From: Podarcis bocagei
Lineage: Eukaryota
Assembly (NCBI GenBank): GCA_964188305.1
Contig: OZ076893.1
DNA: 64,000 bases
Strand: one strand, 5' to 3'
A program made the position numbers and the translations under genes. Below, piece by piece: positions 52,187-60,972 of the stretch. The notes under the pieces are model-generated. The model saw only the letters and a list, made by a program, of their open reading frames with translations. It was not told the DNA's origin and did not search any database. The first letter of the stretch is position 1; every line of letters begins with the position of its first letter.

Positions 52187-55100
52187 AGAGGCAAGGAATG
52201 ATTTTGAAGACGTAAGGGTCACATTACATTTTGCTAAGAATGTTAATAATGCTTTATTAAAATATGACACCAGAGGGCACTGCAGAGCACCCAGGAACCA
52301 GGTAGGAAAGGGAGCTGCTGTTAGGGATGAATAACGTTAAGGTAATGAACATTATTTAGTTGTATCCAGTGGCGTAGCGTGGGTTGTCAGCACCCGGGGC
52401 AAGGCAAGTAATTTGTGCCCCCTAACCTGTGGATTTTAGTAGGGGCAGAGAGCTGCGAGTGCGCCCCCCCAGATGTTGCGCCCGGTGCGGGCGGCCCCCC
52501 TGCACCCCCCACGCTACGCCACTGGTTGTATCCCCTGTGACATTTTAGAATGTCAACCTGCGGCCCTCCAGATGTTTTGGCCTACGACTCCCATGATCCC
52601 TAGCTAACAGGACCAGTGGTCAGGGATGGTGGGAATTGTAGTCCAAAACTTGTGGAGGGCTGAAGGTTGGGGGTGCCTGTTTTAGAACAATATAGCTAAT
52701 ATTGTTCTAATAACGCTAAAAAGGTCAGCATAAATCCAGCCCCGGAGAAAGGAGACACGTTGGCCTCTGGCCCGCTCCCAAGAGCCATTGCCTTAGCAAA
52801 GCAGTTCAAGATAAGGGCATTTATGGTATGAATTCTGCTTCTATCTTGAGAGTTAGTACAGTGAATGAATTGTCTATCAATTTGTGTTATTGCTATGGCT
52901 TGAAATAAAAAAACCTCTGGCCAATTAATACATAAGGAGAAGACAAAAAAGGGAAATAAGATAGGCACCTTCCAGAGTAGTCCTTCATATCGTTTCGGAG
53001 GTTTGTTGCTCACCTACAAAAGAATTGAGAAATTAAACACAAGTCGACCCACGTTAATGGTACAGATTAAACACACAATCTGCTGTACCCACCTTCCCAA
53101 TGCCCCCTCCAAGTATGTGTTTCATTTCTGCACCTTGGGCTAAAGCAAGGGGCGTCTGACCTGTTCAAAAGAGCAGACAGATTTACTTCATCGTAGCTGG
53201 ATCAGAATCAATACAGTTGGCAACTCTGAGAATATACCTTATGTTTCACAGCTGAGAGGAAAAGCAAAGGATGCTCTCTTGGTTTGAGGCATTGTTCAAC
53301 AGGCATTTTACTCAAGGTATCACAAAGGATTAATTCAAAAATTATTCTACTAAACATAGCCATGCTCAATTTTTTAATGTGAGAATGACATTAGCAACAG
53401 AAGTCCTTTCAAGAATGCATCAGACGGTACTGGTTAAGCATATGGGCTTTGTAAGAGCTAAAATAGGATTATTGGGTATTTATTTTCATCGGCATCTGGC
53501 ACTTATTTACTGGCAACACAAACCCGGATTAAAATTCTCTAATACAAAGCCAATTGACAGTGCTAAAATACAATACTCTAGACCCAGTTAGATGAAAATA
53601 ATGTTTTATTTTTAGTTAACACATTCACTTTGCTTTTCGTGTGAAAGGGGAAATCTAGAGCTAATAAAATGAAACTTTTACATACCATTTTTGTTCTTTA
53701 TTTTGGAGTCTGCTCCAGATTTTAGGAGCTTCAAAGCACAGTGCTTATGGCCACGGTATGCTGCACAATGTAATGGTGTATTTCCCACCTGATCAGTGCA
53801 GTTGATGTCAGGAGAATTTGACCTGTTTAACTAGAGACAATTATAAAAAAAATATTAATCATACTTGTAATTTTTTGCAGTTACGTTTTCTAACACACCA
53901 CAGACAGCCGAGCAGAATTATAGACAGAAAGCACAACCAGAGCTCCTGGCCATTCCACTGCCTGAGATCTATTTCCACCATGCCTATTATTTATTTTGAT
54001 TTAAAAACCCTGTATCTCTATCATTACTTGTATAGTATGGCTTAAAAATATCAAGAGAATGGTAACACAGTATGTACCAGTGCTGTGAGTTTTTCAGTTT
54101 CTCCTTCTCGTGCAGCTCCCAGGAGGAGTTCTTCAAGTTTTCTTTCTTCAGTCCTTTCTACAGCTAAGTACAAATAATTAATTAAAACAACATCCTCCCA
54201 TAGGGAAGTTTCTTTCATTGCTAGATTCCCAATGAAAAAGCAATTAACATTTGTGGGTTCTTCCCTCCTGAGCAGTAGGTCACAGATTTATATTCCCTAA
54301 ACTTCAAGCCTGTTAATTTCCAGAACAATATAGACCAGCTCAGCAGTAGAGCTGATGTTTTGCATAAGGTAAAGGGACCCCTGACCATTAGGTCCAGTCG
54401 TGGCCGACTTCTGGCGAACCAGAGCAGCGCACGGAAATGCCATTTACCTTCCCACCGGAGCGGTACCTATTTATCTACTTGCACTTTGACGTGCTTTCAA
54501 ACTGCTAGGTGGGCAGGAACAGGGACCGAGCAACGGGAGCTCACCCCGTCACGGGGATTCGAACCGCCGACCTTCTGATCGGCAAGTCCTAGGCTCTGTG
54601 GTTTAACCCACGGCGCCACCCACATCCCTATGTTTTGCATACATAAAGCCAAAAGTCCAGTCCCCAGTATTTTCCAGTTAAAAGGTCCTAGTAAGCAGGC
54701 TTTGGAGAGTCTCATGCAGGGAACACACTACATCTTTGATTATCTGGATAGCAGCTTTAACCGAACCTGCTTTTATACCCAGATCATATCCATAGGAACA
54801 GGTTTGTACACACTCAGTTCATGCAAATGATGTCCACCCCCACGGCGTGCAGTCATAAGAGTGCAGCTATTTGGCAATAGTGCTATCAGCATTCATCTCT
54901 GCTTACAGAGGAATTCAATGGCAAATGCTAACCAACAAGGTTTATTTCTTTGAAACTAAGCGCAAACTGAAATTCTAGAAGACCAAGCAATGCAAAACTG
55001 AGCAACTCCTGCACTCAGTATCCTGCTAAGTAAGGGTTAACTCTAAATGCAATACTGGATAGCGAAAGTCAATTGTATCATAATATAATCTTTATTATTT

Positions 55101-58100
55101 CTCTCCACAAAATATAGACGCTATCTGAATCATATCTAAGCAGGTTTGCTATCTACATAAGTACTGTAATACAATTTCTAATCATTCCAAGGCTTATATG
55201 TATTAAAGATCATAGAGTCTTAAAACAACTACAGGGCTTTGATTACGTAGCCCCTCCACCAAAAAGAAAAACCAAAAAGAAATACAGAACATAAAGTTTG
55301 ACACAATTTTAGTGGAGCTTTCCCCAGTCAGCCATCCCAAAGCACTTCTATCCCAAATTACAACATAATTATAAATGCCACAAACTAATGGGAGTGTGTC
55401 CTAAAACAAAATACTGGTGGATTTTATACTTTTAATAGCAGCTTTCCCCAGTAACACACTCTTTTTACATAAGACCCTTTGCTCACCTCTTCTATGCCCA
55501 AACAGTTCTTTCCTTCCCTTTTCCTGCTTCTGCCATACTACAACTCCCAGCAAGCAGTGCTTCTAGCCCTGTGAAGTAGAGACAGTACTATCTCTAATAT
55601 CATCTGTGCTGGGAATGCATCTTTTTAAAAAGGGAATGAGTTGTTAGAACCACTACAGAATTTGGCAGCAATAGCAGAAGATATGGATAAGGCAAGTGAT
55701 TCATTGAGCCCAGGTAAGGGCAGCCCTGGGAGATCAGACAAAGGTCCCACCTAGTGCAGTGCCCTGTTTCCAACAGCTGCTAGCCAAATCGTTCCAGAAA
55801 CTGTGCAACTAGAAGGTGAAGGCATCTTACCTTCCCTGTTGCTTGTCTCCTGGTACTTGTAAATCAGAGTAACATGAAGGTTCAGCTTGACTGTCATTGT
55901 AAATAGCCACTGATAGACCTCCTCTTCTCCATAAATTTGTTCAAGTAGAGAGGTCATTATCATCATATATTGTGACAGGAAACTCCGTGAGTCTGAACTA
56001 TGTGCCAATCTTTCACTCTCACACAGCATGTTGTCTCCCTCTCTTTCTCAAACCTGTGAAAGTTTTATCCTTTTCTAAGCACGAGTGTCTCTAGTTCTCA
56101 CAAACTGTGTAGGCAAGTTGTAACCTAGCTTTCTTCCCTGACTGTAGAAAAGTAGCCTATCAGAAGCAATTGATCACGTGGGAACTTTAGGTAGAACTGA
56201 CATTTACATTGGCAAATACTAAACCCTCCACTTAAGTTTCAACAAACTGGTTATAGCTGACAAATCTACGTGGGAAAGGTGCATTGCATGATACTGCAGG
56301 CACCTTATTAAAATGCTATTCAAGCTTCTGAAGTCAATGTTAGAAGTGACTCAAGTACACATTTCTCCTATCCTAGGACAGAAGAAGGAAACGTGCAATT
56401 GATGCCAGTATTAAAAAGAATGCTGACTCTGGGCTGCATCCAACATTAGTTCTACTCAGAGCAGGACCATGAAAATAAACTTGGCTAGCTTAGGTCTATT
56501 AATTTCAGTGGGTTCATACCTAGTAGAACTTAGTGGATTCAACTCCTTATTTCTAATGTCCTCAGACAATTCAAATAAAAGTTTCAACCCATGTTAGATT
56601 GTCTGCTGTGTGTCTCAGGGAATAGTGCCCCCTAAATTAACACTGGTCTCTGCCACAAACCTTAGGATATACACCATAAGTTGGAAAGTGTTTTGAGGTC
56701 TTCTAATTTGAAGGAACTCCTTGTATCACCTCAGACAAATATGGCATATGAAACAATGCACAAGGGGTCTTTTATGTAAAAAGAGTATCCAATTCAAGGA
56801 AGCCACCCTAAACATAATCGGCAACATGTGGCTTAGAACATTCTTTACAAAAAAATAGAACTGGTTTCATAGGACACACAAATCATATATCTTATAAGAT
56901 TTTTTTAAAAAAAGTAATTTGGGATAAAGGACATTGTACTTGGTAAGCCCCACTGAAATCAGATTTGATTGTGTTTGTGTGTGTATATACTTTTCTGCAA
57001 TAAATGGCACTTTACTGCCTTAAAAAACAACTGTGAAAGACTCAACATTTATTGAATACACCCATACAACAGCCCACCTATTGAAATGGTCAAAGATTGT
57101 ATCACTTATGGAGGAAAGAAAACCCATCAAAGGCTCAATAACGTATTACCGTCGCAACTAAATTAGAAGTTTACACATGCAAAAAAGCTTAAGTTATGTG
57201 GGTTATGATACACAAGGCCATTGTCTCCTTTTACATCAAGCTCTTGGGAAAACCACAGATTTCCGGTGTGCTAATTGTGAACACTAACAGGGATGCTGCT
57301 AGGTACTTAATAGCTTCAAGGCACAGGTCCTTGGCAAAATTTGCATATCTATGTGTCAATGCAATGTCAGTGCAGAGGTTTATCATGTGAACCAGCAACT
57401 ACCAAGCAGTTTTCTTCACATCATCAACACATTTCTAGTGTTGTAAAAGCTTTGCAGCAGGGTCTAATCGTGCCATACAGGATGTGTTCAATGCAGACAC
57501 AGTTTCAAGCAGCCACGACAGTGTTTATCATTAGGAAAAAGAAGTGCTCTGTCACCTTGGCAAAATAGTCTCTAAGAAGGATGAAGACATCACCACTGTT
57601 CATACTGAATGATGCAGCAGCAAAGCATCTTTACCAGAATGCCAATTCTCTAAAGTTCATATATCTTACAGAATGGATACCTTCCAGCATCTCTCTTATT
57701 TCTTTATCATGTGTAACATCTTTTGCAGTTTGCCCATTCCCGTTAACAATGGAAGTATCGGCTTCGTATTCCAAAAGCAGCATAACTACCTCCTGAAAGA
57801 CAAAGTTTTGTTGCATTATCTACAGAGACCTCTCCCTCCTTTTAGCCAGTTTACTTTTGCTTTGTACTTTTGGTCTTGGGAAGTGAATGCCACGTATAAT
57901 TAAACAGAACAAACATTTCTAACAGGGAAATTACAAGGTGTCTGTGACAGGGAGAACAGTCACAAGGAACAATGGTACGCCTCTGAGAAGAGGCTGAAGT
58001 TGTTAATTTTACCTTGCGCCCAGTGAAGGCTGCACGATGCAGTGGGGTATCTCCCATGTCATTTAATACATTTACTTCAGCACCAGCCTATAAAGAAAGA

Positions 58101-60217
58101 TTGTTTAGTAGCGCTCGCATCCAAGAAAATTGGTTTCTGACCATTCACACAAACTCTATTCTTGCTTTCAATGGTGCATACTTCCACATAAAATCTGTTT
58201 TACCTGGGATAGTGACAGGCTGTATTAGAATGACAGTACTCCAAAATTTCTAAATAGAAAGTTTAGCCAGCATAGTAAAGACTTGCTCCATGCCAAACTC
58301 ATTTTAAATTAACATTTTCCAAAAGGTGGTTTGGCCAGCCTGCCTTACCCATGTCCACTTGCTATGCTCTGTGCTCAAGTGCAAGCTATATTGGTCTTGA
58401 TCTGAGCTCTAAGCCCTCTGTGTTTGGGAAGGTAACAATTCTTGTGTGCCAGTCTACTTCATCGCCACCTTTAATCCAGTTTGTTCAAATTGGATTCAGC
58501 TCATTTTCTTTCTCAAAAGGGTTACAAAGAGGTCAGATCAAGCTACACATGCAGCAGAACTAAATGGATTATGTGGTTTAACAATTACATAGACATACAG
58601 AATTCAAAATTAGAGCCAGGAGGCCTAGATTTCATTCCGAACTCCTGCTGGTGACCTAAAGGCCTATGGGCTAACCGATTCAACTTGGTTTCTTATCTTT
58701 CAGACTCAGAAACCACCAATGCCATTTATTTTAAATACTGGGATTAATGCTGAAAACCTTTAGCTGAAGGAGCACTCTTACTTGCATCAAGAGTCCTTTA
58801 TACCTTCACAGATAAGTGACACAGCTTGAACATTTTAATCAGTTTGAAGCATGATCCCTTCTAGTCCACTGTACTTGCTAAGAGTATCAACATGTTCTGC
58901 TTCATGTGTGTGTGCATGTATGCATATACACATGCGCGCGCACACACTTAAAGTAGCTCAATTGTACTATTTGAAAATATGTCAAGGGTTCCTGATTAGT
59001 GCACATAGTGGACATGCAAGGGGGTGTTGGGTGTGATGAAGTGTTGAAGCCAGAAGGTTTGATAAAGATTCTGCCCAATTCATGCCCACTATGTACAACA
59101 GGAAACACCTGCACAGTGCAATGGGGACATAATAAACTTCTGCATACGGTTTCAGCATCTAACTATTTAAACCTTTTGACCTACAAGTTAAACATTTCAG
59201 TGTTAAATGCTAATTGCTTTGGAGGAGAAATGCTGATTTCTGTTGCACAGAAAATATTAATTCATTAGAAGATTACAAGTTTATACCTTCAGCAAATCCT
59301 TGACAACACTGGTGTGCCCAAAGTAGCATGCAAGATGAAGAGGTGTCCATCCCAAGTTAGATTTGCTTCTGCCTGAAGATACAATACAAAACACGACAAA
59401 TCTAAACTACAGCATCCCTTCATGCAAGCAAAGTTATATCATCCAAGAAAACTGAAAAAGATCCTACATGATTCTGCACTGCACCAATTTAAGATGCTCT
59501 CACATGTGTTTGATAGCAATTGAATTTATATCATCCTCAGTGAGAAGTAAAAGCATTATAGCAGTTAGACTTGAGTTTCAGACAAGGACCAGGAAAACAT
59601 GGGCTCCCCACTCAGCTGGGAAACCTTTGGCCATTCGCTATCTTTCAGCTTAACCTTAATCTCAAAAGGATTGCTGCTATGATAACGAACATACAGCACT
59701 CTTTGGAGGAAAGGTGACATTAAAAAGGAAGGCCGAGTTGCTATGAGTTTCGCTAATGGCTTTAGCTTAGCTTTTGTCTGAGGGAGTAGATCATAATCCA
59801 TCAAGGCATTTATTCAAAACATAGTTGGCACTTTTACAAAGCAGTGGTGCCAGATGACACAAGGTCTTTCTGCTACCTTCTCAAAAATGTATCTTTTCCC
59901 GCAATGGATCCAAGAAGCTACACACCGTATTTTGATATGACATCTGGCCTGAAATATTCCAGTATATTTTACATTCTCCCAAGGACTACAAGAAGACCAA
60001 TATCCTGCAGTAATGTATACATTTTGTTCCAATGAAGCCATGGTGTCAACACTTATAAATGTCCCAGGTGTTACTCAAAAGGCTGCCTATACTAACCTTT
60101 GCAGTTGATGTTAAAGACGGCCTCTCCTTTGTCCATAGTTCCCAGCAGCTGCCTGATGTCTTCACTGTGTCCATTTCTAGCATTGTGGAGAAGCTGCTGT
60201 TCTGCCTCAGTGTTCAT
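630..60217 (-). CDS. OSBPL1A: Oxysterol-binding protein-related protein 1 (ORP1L), spliced CDS of 27 coding exons, 2859 nt / 952 aa
   Basis: Hand-assembled exons all have GT-AG ends and keep frame from [16 protein letters not shown] to [13 protein letters not shown]. Ankyrin ([25 protein letters not shown]), PH ([26 protein letters not shown]), FFAT-like and OSBP signature EQVSHHPP are all present. Confidence 0.98.
1760..1794. repeat. (TACA)n microsatellite
   Basis: Direct reading. Confidence 0.95.
6096..6186 (-). CDS. OSBPL1A: Exon 27, 91 nt, [29 protein letters not shown]
   Basis: [13 protein letters not shown] motif; AG/GT ends. Confidence 0.97.
7141..7264 (-). CDS. OSBPL1A: Exon 26, 124 nt, [41 protein letters not shown]
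   Basis: [11 protein letters not shown] motif; AG/GT ends. Confidence 0.97.
8005..8351 (+). mobile_element. 5'-truncated Bov-B (RTE) LINE 3' end
   Basis: Near-identical to the 50365-50713 copy; ends gacacgactaaacaacaac; translates to [19 protein letters not shown]. Confidence 0.92.
8458..8590. repeat. Perfect 65-bp tandem duplication
   Basis: 8458-8522 equals 8523-8587, plus a GGT junction repeat. Confidence 0.97.
8934..9050 (-). CDS. OSBPL1A: Exon 25, 117 nt, [39 protein letters not shown]
   Basis: Start of ORF 8796..9050; CAG|gtgagt donor. Confidence 0.97.
9176..9403. mobile_element. Tc1/mariner-type MITE, family A
   Basis: TIR cagtggtacctcgggtt / aacccgaggtaccactg; TA on both sides; inside a TA-rich tract. 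Confidence 0.92.
11984..12294 (-). mobile_element. LINE 3' end (L2-like) with (TAA)n tail at 11984-12032
   Basis: Homologous to 49386-49752; microsatellite tail; family assignment from memory. Confidence 0.75.
12796..12922 (-). CDS. OSBPL1A: Exon 24, 127 nt, [42 protein letters not shown]
   Basis: Within ORF 12751..13011; AG/GT ends. Confidence 0.97.
13714..13803 (-). CDS. OSBPL1A: Exon 23, 90 nt, [29 protein letters not shown]
   Basis: Translation; AG/GT ends. Confidence 0.97.
14254..14361 (-). CDS. OSBPL1A: Exon 22, 108 nt, [35 protein letters not shown]
   Basis: Translation; AG/GT ends. Confidence 0.97.
15058..15175. repeat. Long inverted repeat (27-bp perfect inner stem plus 12-bp outer stem)
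   Basis: 15077-15103 pairs with 15126-15152; 15058-15069 pairs with 15164-15175. Confidence 0.93.
15354..15536 (-). CDS. OSBPL1A: Exon 21, 183 nt, contains OSBP signature EQVSHHPP
   Basis: Within ORF 15350..15544; AG/GT ends. Confidence 0.98.
15724..15821 (-). CDS. OSBPL1A: Exon 20, 98 nt, [32 protein letters not shown]
   Basis: [15 protein letters not shown] motif; AG/GT ends. Confidence 0.97.
16215..16349 (-). CDS. OSBPL1A: Exon 19, 135 nt, [27 protein letters not shown]..
   Basis: ORD motif; AG/GT ends. Confidence 0.97.
16540..16695 (+). mobile_element. Old MIR-like (tRNA/CORE) SINE remnant; approximate ends
   Basis: ggtttcaaatttccact B-box-like head followed by ctacatcacagggtggttgcgatgataaaatgg. 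Confidence 0.45.
17234..17309 (-). CDS. OSBPL1A: Exon 18, 76 nt, [25 protein letters not shown] (start of ORD)
   Basis: Translation; AG/GT ends. Confidence 0.97.
25686..25842 (-). CDS. OSBPL1A: Exon 17, 157 nt, linker containing the putative ORP1S start Met (ATG at 25747, [21 protein letters not shown])
   Basis: Within ORF 25682..25873; AG/GT ends. Confidence 0.94.
26734..26789. repeat. (TG)n followed by imperfect (CA)n, a compound self-complementary microsatellite
   Basis: Direct reading. Confidence 0.9.
29550..29712 (-). CDS. OSBPL1A: Exon 16, 163 nt, coiled coil plus FFAT-like motif (..[14 protein letters not shown])
   Basis: Translation [40 protein letters not shown]; CAG|gtaagt donor. 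Confidence 0.96.
30760..31085 (-). mobile_element. Older L2-like LINE 3' end; related remnants at about 45460-45580 and 60990-61030
   Basis: (TTTA)n tail plus the shared motif tataccacccttcatctgaagat..cagttcacaac. Confidence 0.6.
32021..32059. repeat. (ATAG)n microsatellite
   Basis: Direct reading. Confidence 0.95.
34962..35680 (-). promoter_or_regulatory. OSBPL1A: Intragenic CpG island, probable ORP1S internal promoter and non-coding first exon (donor ACG|gtaggt at 34962/34961)
   Basis: Only large non-TE GC/CpG-rich stretch in the window. GC-box CCGCCCGCCCC at about 35584; AP-1-like TGACTCA at 35447-35453. Lies in the intron between exons 15 and 16. Confidence 0.75.
36589..36618 (-). mobile_element. 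Very short Sauria SINE 3'-tail remnant
   Basis: aggtaaaggtaaaggacccctg matches the reverse complement of the SINE tail at 45428-45450. Confidence 0.6.
37562..37756. mobile_element. Mariner-type MITE family A, opposite orientation to the 9176 copy, right TIR partly deleted
   Basis: ta|cagtggtacctcgggtt ... ccactg|ta; body is the reverse complement of the 9176 copy. Confidence 0.9.
39363..39749. mobile_element. hAT-type non-autonomous element with internal palindromic repeats
   Basis: TIR caggggtcggcaa / ttgccgccccctg; 8-bp TSD ctgtagtg / ctgtagta. Confidence 0.88.
41397..41503 (-). CDS. OSBPL1A: Exon 15, 107 nt, [35 protein letters not shown]
   Basis: Translation; GGG|gtaagt donor. Confidence 0.94.
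42796..42877 (-). CDS. OSBPL1A: Exon 14, 82 nt, [27 protein letters not shown]
   Basis: Translation; AG/GT ends; phase consistent. Confidence 0.92.
45086..45450 (+). mobile_element. Full-length Sauria SINE
   Basis: tRNA-like head (gtggcgctgtggtc..ggttcgaatccc); (ACCTTT)n tail; 13-bp TSD tactattagtata at 45073-45085 and 45451-45463. Confidence 0.93.
46217..46469. mobile_element. Mariner-type MITE family B with repeated (T)CGCAAGACGAA units
   Basis: TIR cagtggtgccccgcaagacgaa / ttcgtcttgcgagacaccactg; TA flanks. Confidence 0.9.
47184..47222. repeat. (GT)n microsatellite
   Basis: Direct reading. Confidence 0.95.
47417..47542 (-). CDS. OSBPL1A: Exon 13, 126 nt, [42 protein letters not shown]
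   Basis: PH C-terminal Trp helix; long pyrimidine tract; gtaaga donor. Confidence 0.95.
48286..48381 (-). CDS. OSBPL1A: Exon 12, 96 nt, [32 protein letters not shown]
   Basis: Within ORF 48256..48507; GAG|gtaagt donor. Confidence 0.94.
49386..49752 (-). mobile_element. LINE 3' end (L2-like), less diverged copy, (TAA)n tail
   Basis: Homologous to 11984-12294; retains many CpGs. Confidence 0.78.
50035..50109 (+). mobile_element. Ultra-truncated Bov-B 3' end (about 75 bp)
   Basis: gcctggcgtgctctgg..gacacgactaaac tail; TSD acaaataagaa at 50024-50034 and 50110-50120. Confidence 0.88.
50138..50713 (+). mobile_element. 5'-truncated Bov-B LINE with open RT C-terminal frame
   Basis: ORF 50144..: [46 protein letters not shown]; TSD aataccataac at 50127-50137 and 50714-50724. 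Confidence 0.96.
50875..50938 (-). CDS. OSBPL1A: Exon 11, 64 nt, [21 protein letters not shown]
   Basis: Translation; gtaagc donor. Confidence 0.93.
51395..51468 (-). CDS. OSBPL1A: Exon 10, 74 nt, [24 protein letters not shown]
   Basis: PH-domain motif; gtaagt donor. Confidence 0.95.
52151..52185. repeat. (ATG)n microsatellite
   Basis: Direct reading; explains the poly-M and poly-I ORFs. Confidence 0.95.
52367..52524. mobile_element. Young GC-rich hAT MITE (158 bp)
   Basis: Perfect TIR cagtggcgtagcgtggg / cccacgctacgccactg; perfect 8-bp TSD gttgtatc. Confidence 0.93.
52553..52679. mobile_element. Palindromic hAT-like MITE (family C), left end eroded
   Basis: ccctccagatgttttggcctac..tccca / tgggaattgtagtccaaaac..ggaggg foldback. 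Confidence 0.75.
52969..53013 (-). CDS. OSBPL1A: Exon 9, 45 nt, [15 protein letters not shown] (start of PH domain)
   Basis: Start of ORF 52696..53013; AG/GT ends. Confidence 0.93.
53093..53160 (-). CDS. OSBPL1A: Exon 8, 68 nt, [22 protein letters not shown]
   Basis: cag| acceptor, AAG|gtgggt donor, frame preserved. Confidence 0.9.
53686..53830 (-). CDS. OSBPL1A: Exon 7, 145 nt, third ankyrin repeat (..[29 protein letters not shown]..)
   Basis: Translation plus AG/GT ends. Confidence 0.95.
54078..54163 (-). CDS. OSBPL1A: Exon 6, 86 nt, [29 protein letters not shown]
   Basis: Translation plus AG/GT ends, phase consistent. Confidence 0.94.
54367..54629 (-). mobile_element. Sauria SINE, internally deleted
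   Basis: Reverse complement of the 45086 copy; 12-bp TSD atgttttgcata at 54355-54366 and 54630-54641. Confidence 0.92.
57681..57792 (-). CDS. OSBPL1A: Exon 5, 112 nt, [37 protein letters not shown]
   Basis: Within ORF 57631..57816; AG/GT ends. Confidence 0.96.
58013..58087 (-). CDS. OSBPL1A: Exon 4, 75 nt, [25 protein letters not shown]
   Basis: Overlaps ORF 57851..58057; AG/GT ends. Confidence 0.96.
59287..59372 (-). CDS. OSBPL1A: Exon 3, 86 nt, ankyrin repeat [29 protein letters not shown]
   Basis: Translation plus AG/GT ends. Confidence 0.96.
60097..60217 (-). CDS. OSBPL1A: Coding exon (human exon 2 equivalent), 121 nt, [40 protein letters not shown]
   Basis: ttttagtagagATG acceptor region; AAAG|gttagt donor. 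Confidence 0.95.
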
Positions 60218-60687
60218 CTCTACTAAAATACAGATAATTATTTTATTTATTTGTATAATTGATATCCCACCCCCTTTCCCCTAAACAAAGGAGTACTCAG
60301 TGACAACATTCACACAAAAAAATAACAATTAGCAATTAAAAATACATTAGAACCCAGCACACAGAAACAGCATGAACATAAGGAAAGCACTGCTGAAATT
60401 AGAACAGAGGCCTATCATGGCAGTCCAACACCTTGATCCCACAGAGGCTAATTTGAGTGCAGTAACACTCTCCCCTCTTGTGCTTCCCAGCAACCAAAAA
60501 GCACACCATCTCCAGTACTAGAGGTAGCACATAGTCTCATCTTCTATTTCATAATTCCCTTTTTATAGCCAACCAAGTTCATTACCACAAGATGTATTAA
60601 TGCATGCCAATTCCACAGTTCAATTACGGTGCATATTTTAAACAGATTCTGCTATGTTAATTAACAAATAGAATTGCCTTTGATTAA

Positions 60688-60972
60688 TTAAGAACATTAG
60701 AATGACCTGCTGGATCAGGCTAGAAGCACATCCAATCCAGTATCCTGTTCTCACAGTGGCTGACTAGATGCCTATGGAAAGTCCATAAGCAAGACCAGAT
60801 CACAACAACATTCCCCTGACTTGCGATTCCCAGAAACTGGTATTCAGAGCTATACTGCCTCTGAGAGTAGAAGCAGAACATTGTCATCATCGCTAGCAGC
60901 TGATTAAAGCCTTATCTTCTATTCATTTGTCTAAGATTCTTTTAAAGCCATCCAAGTTGGTGGCCATCACTA
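60688..60972 (-). mobile_element. CR1-like LINE 3' end; related eroded remnants at about 19780-19950, 55680-55990 and 60370-60620
   Basis: taagaacattagaa..ctgctggatcagg..ccagtatcctgttctcacagtggc motif recurs; family from memory; ends approximate. Confidence 0.55.

Noticed and set aside
52013-52334. Poly-Met and poly-Ile ORFs (also poly-Ile at 11911-12174)
   Set aside because: Translations of (ATG)n and (TAA)n microsatellites
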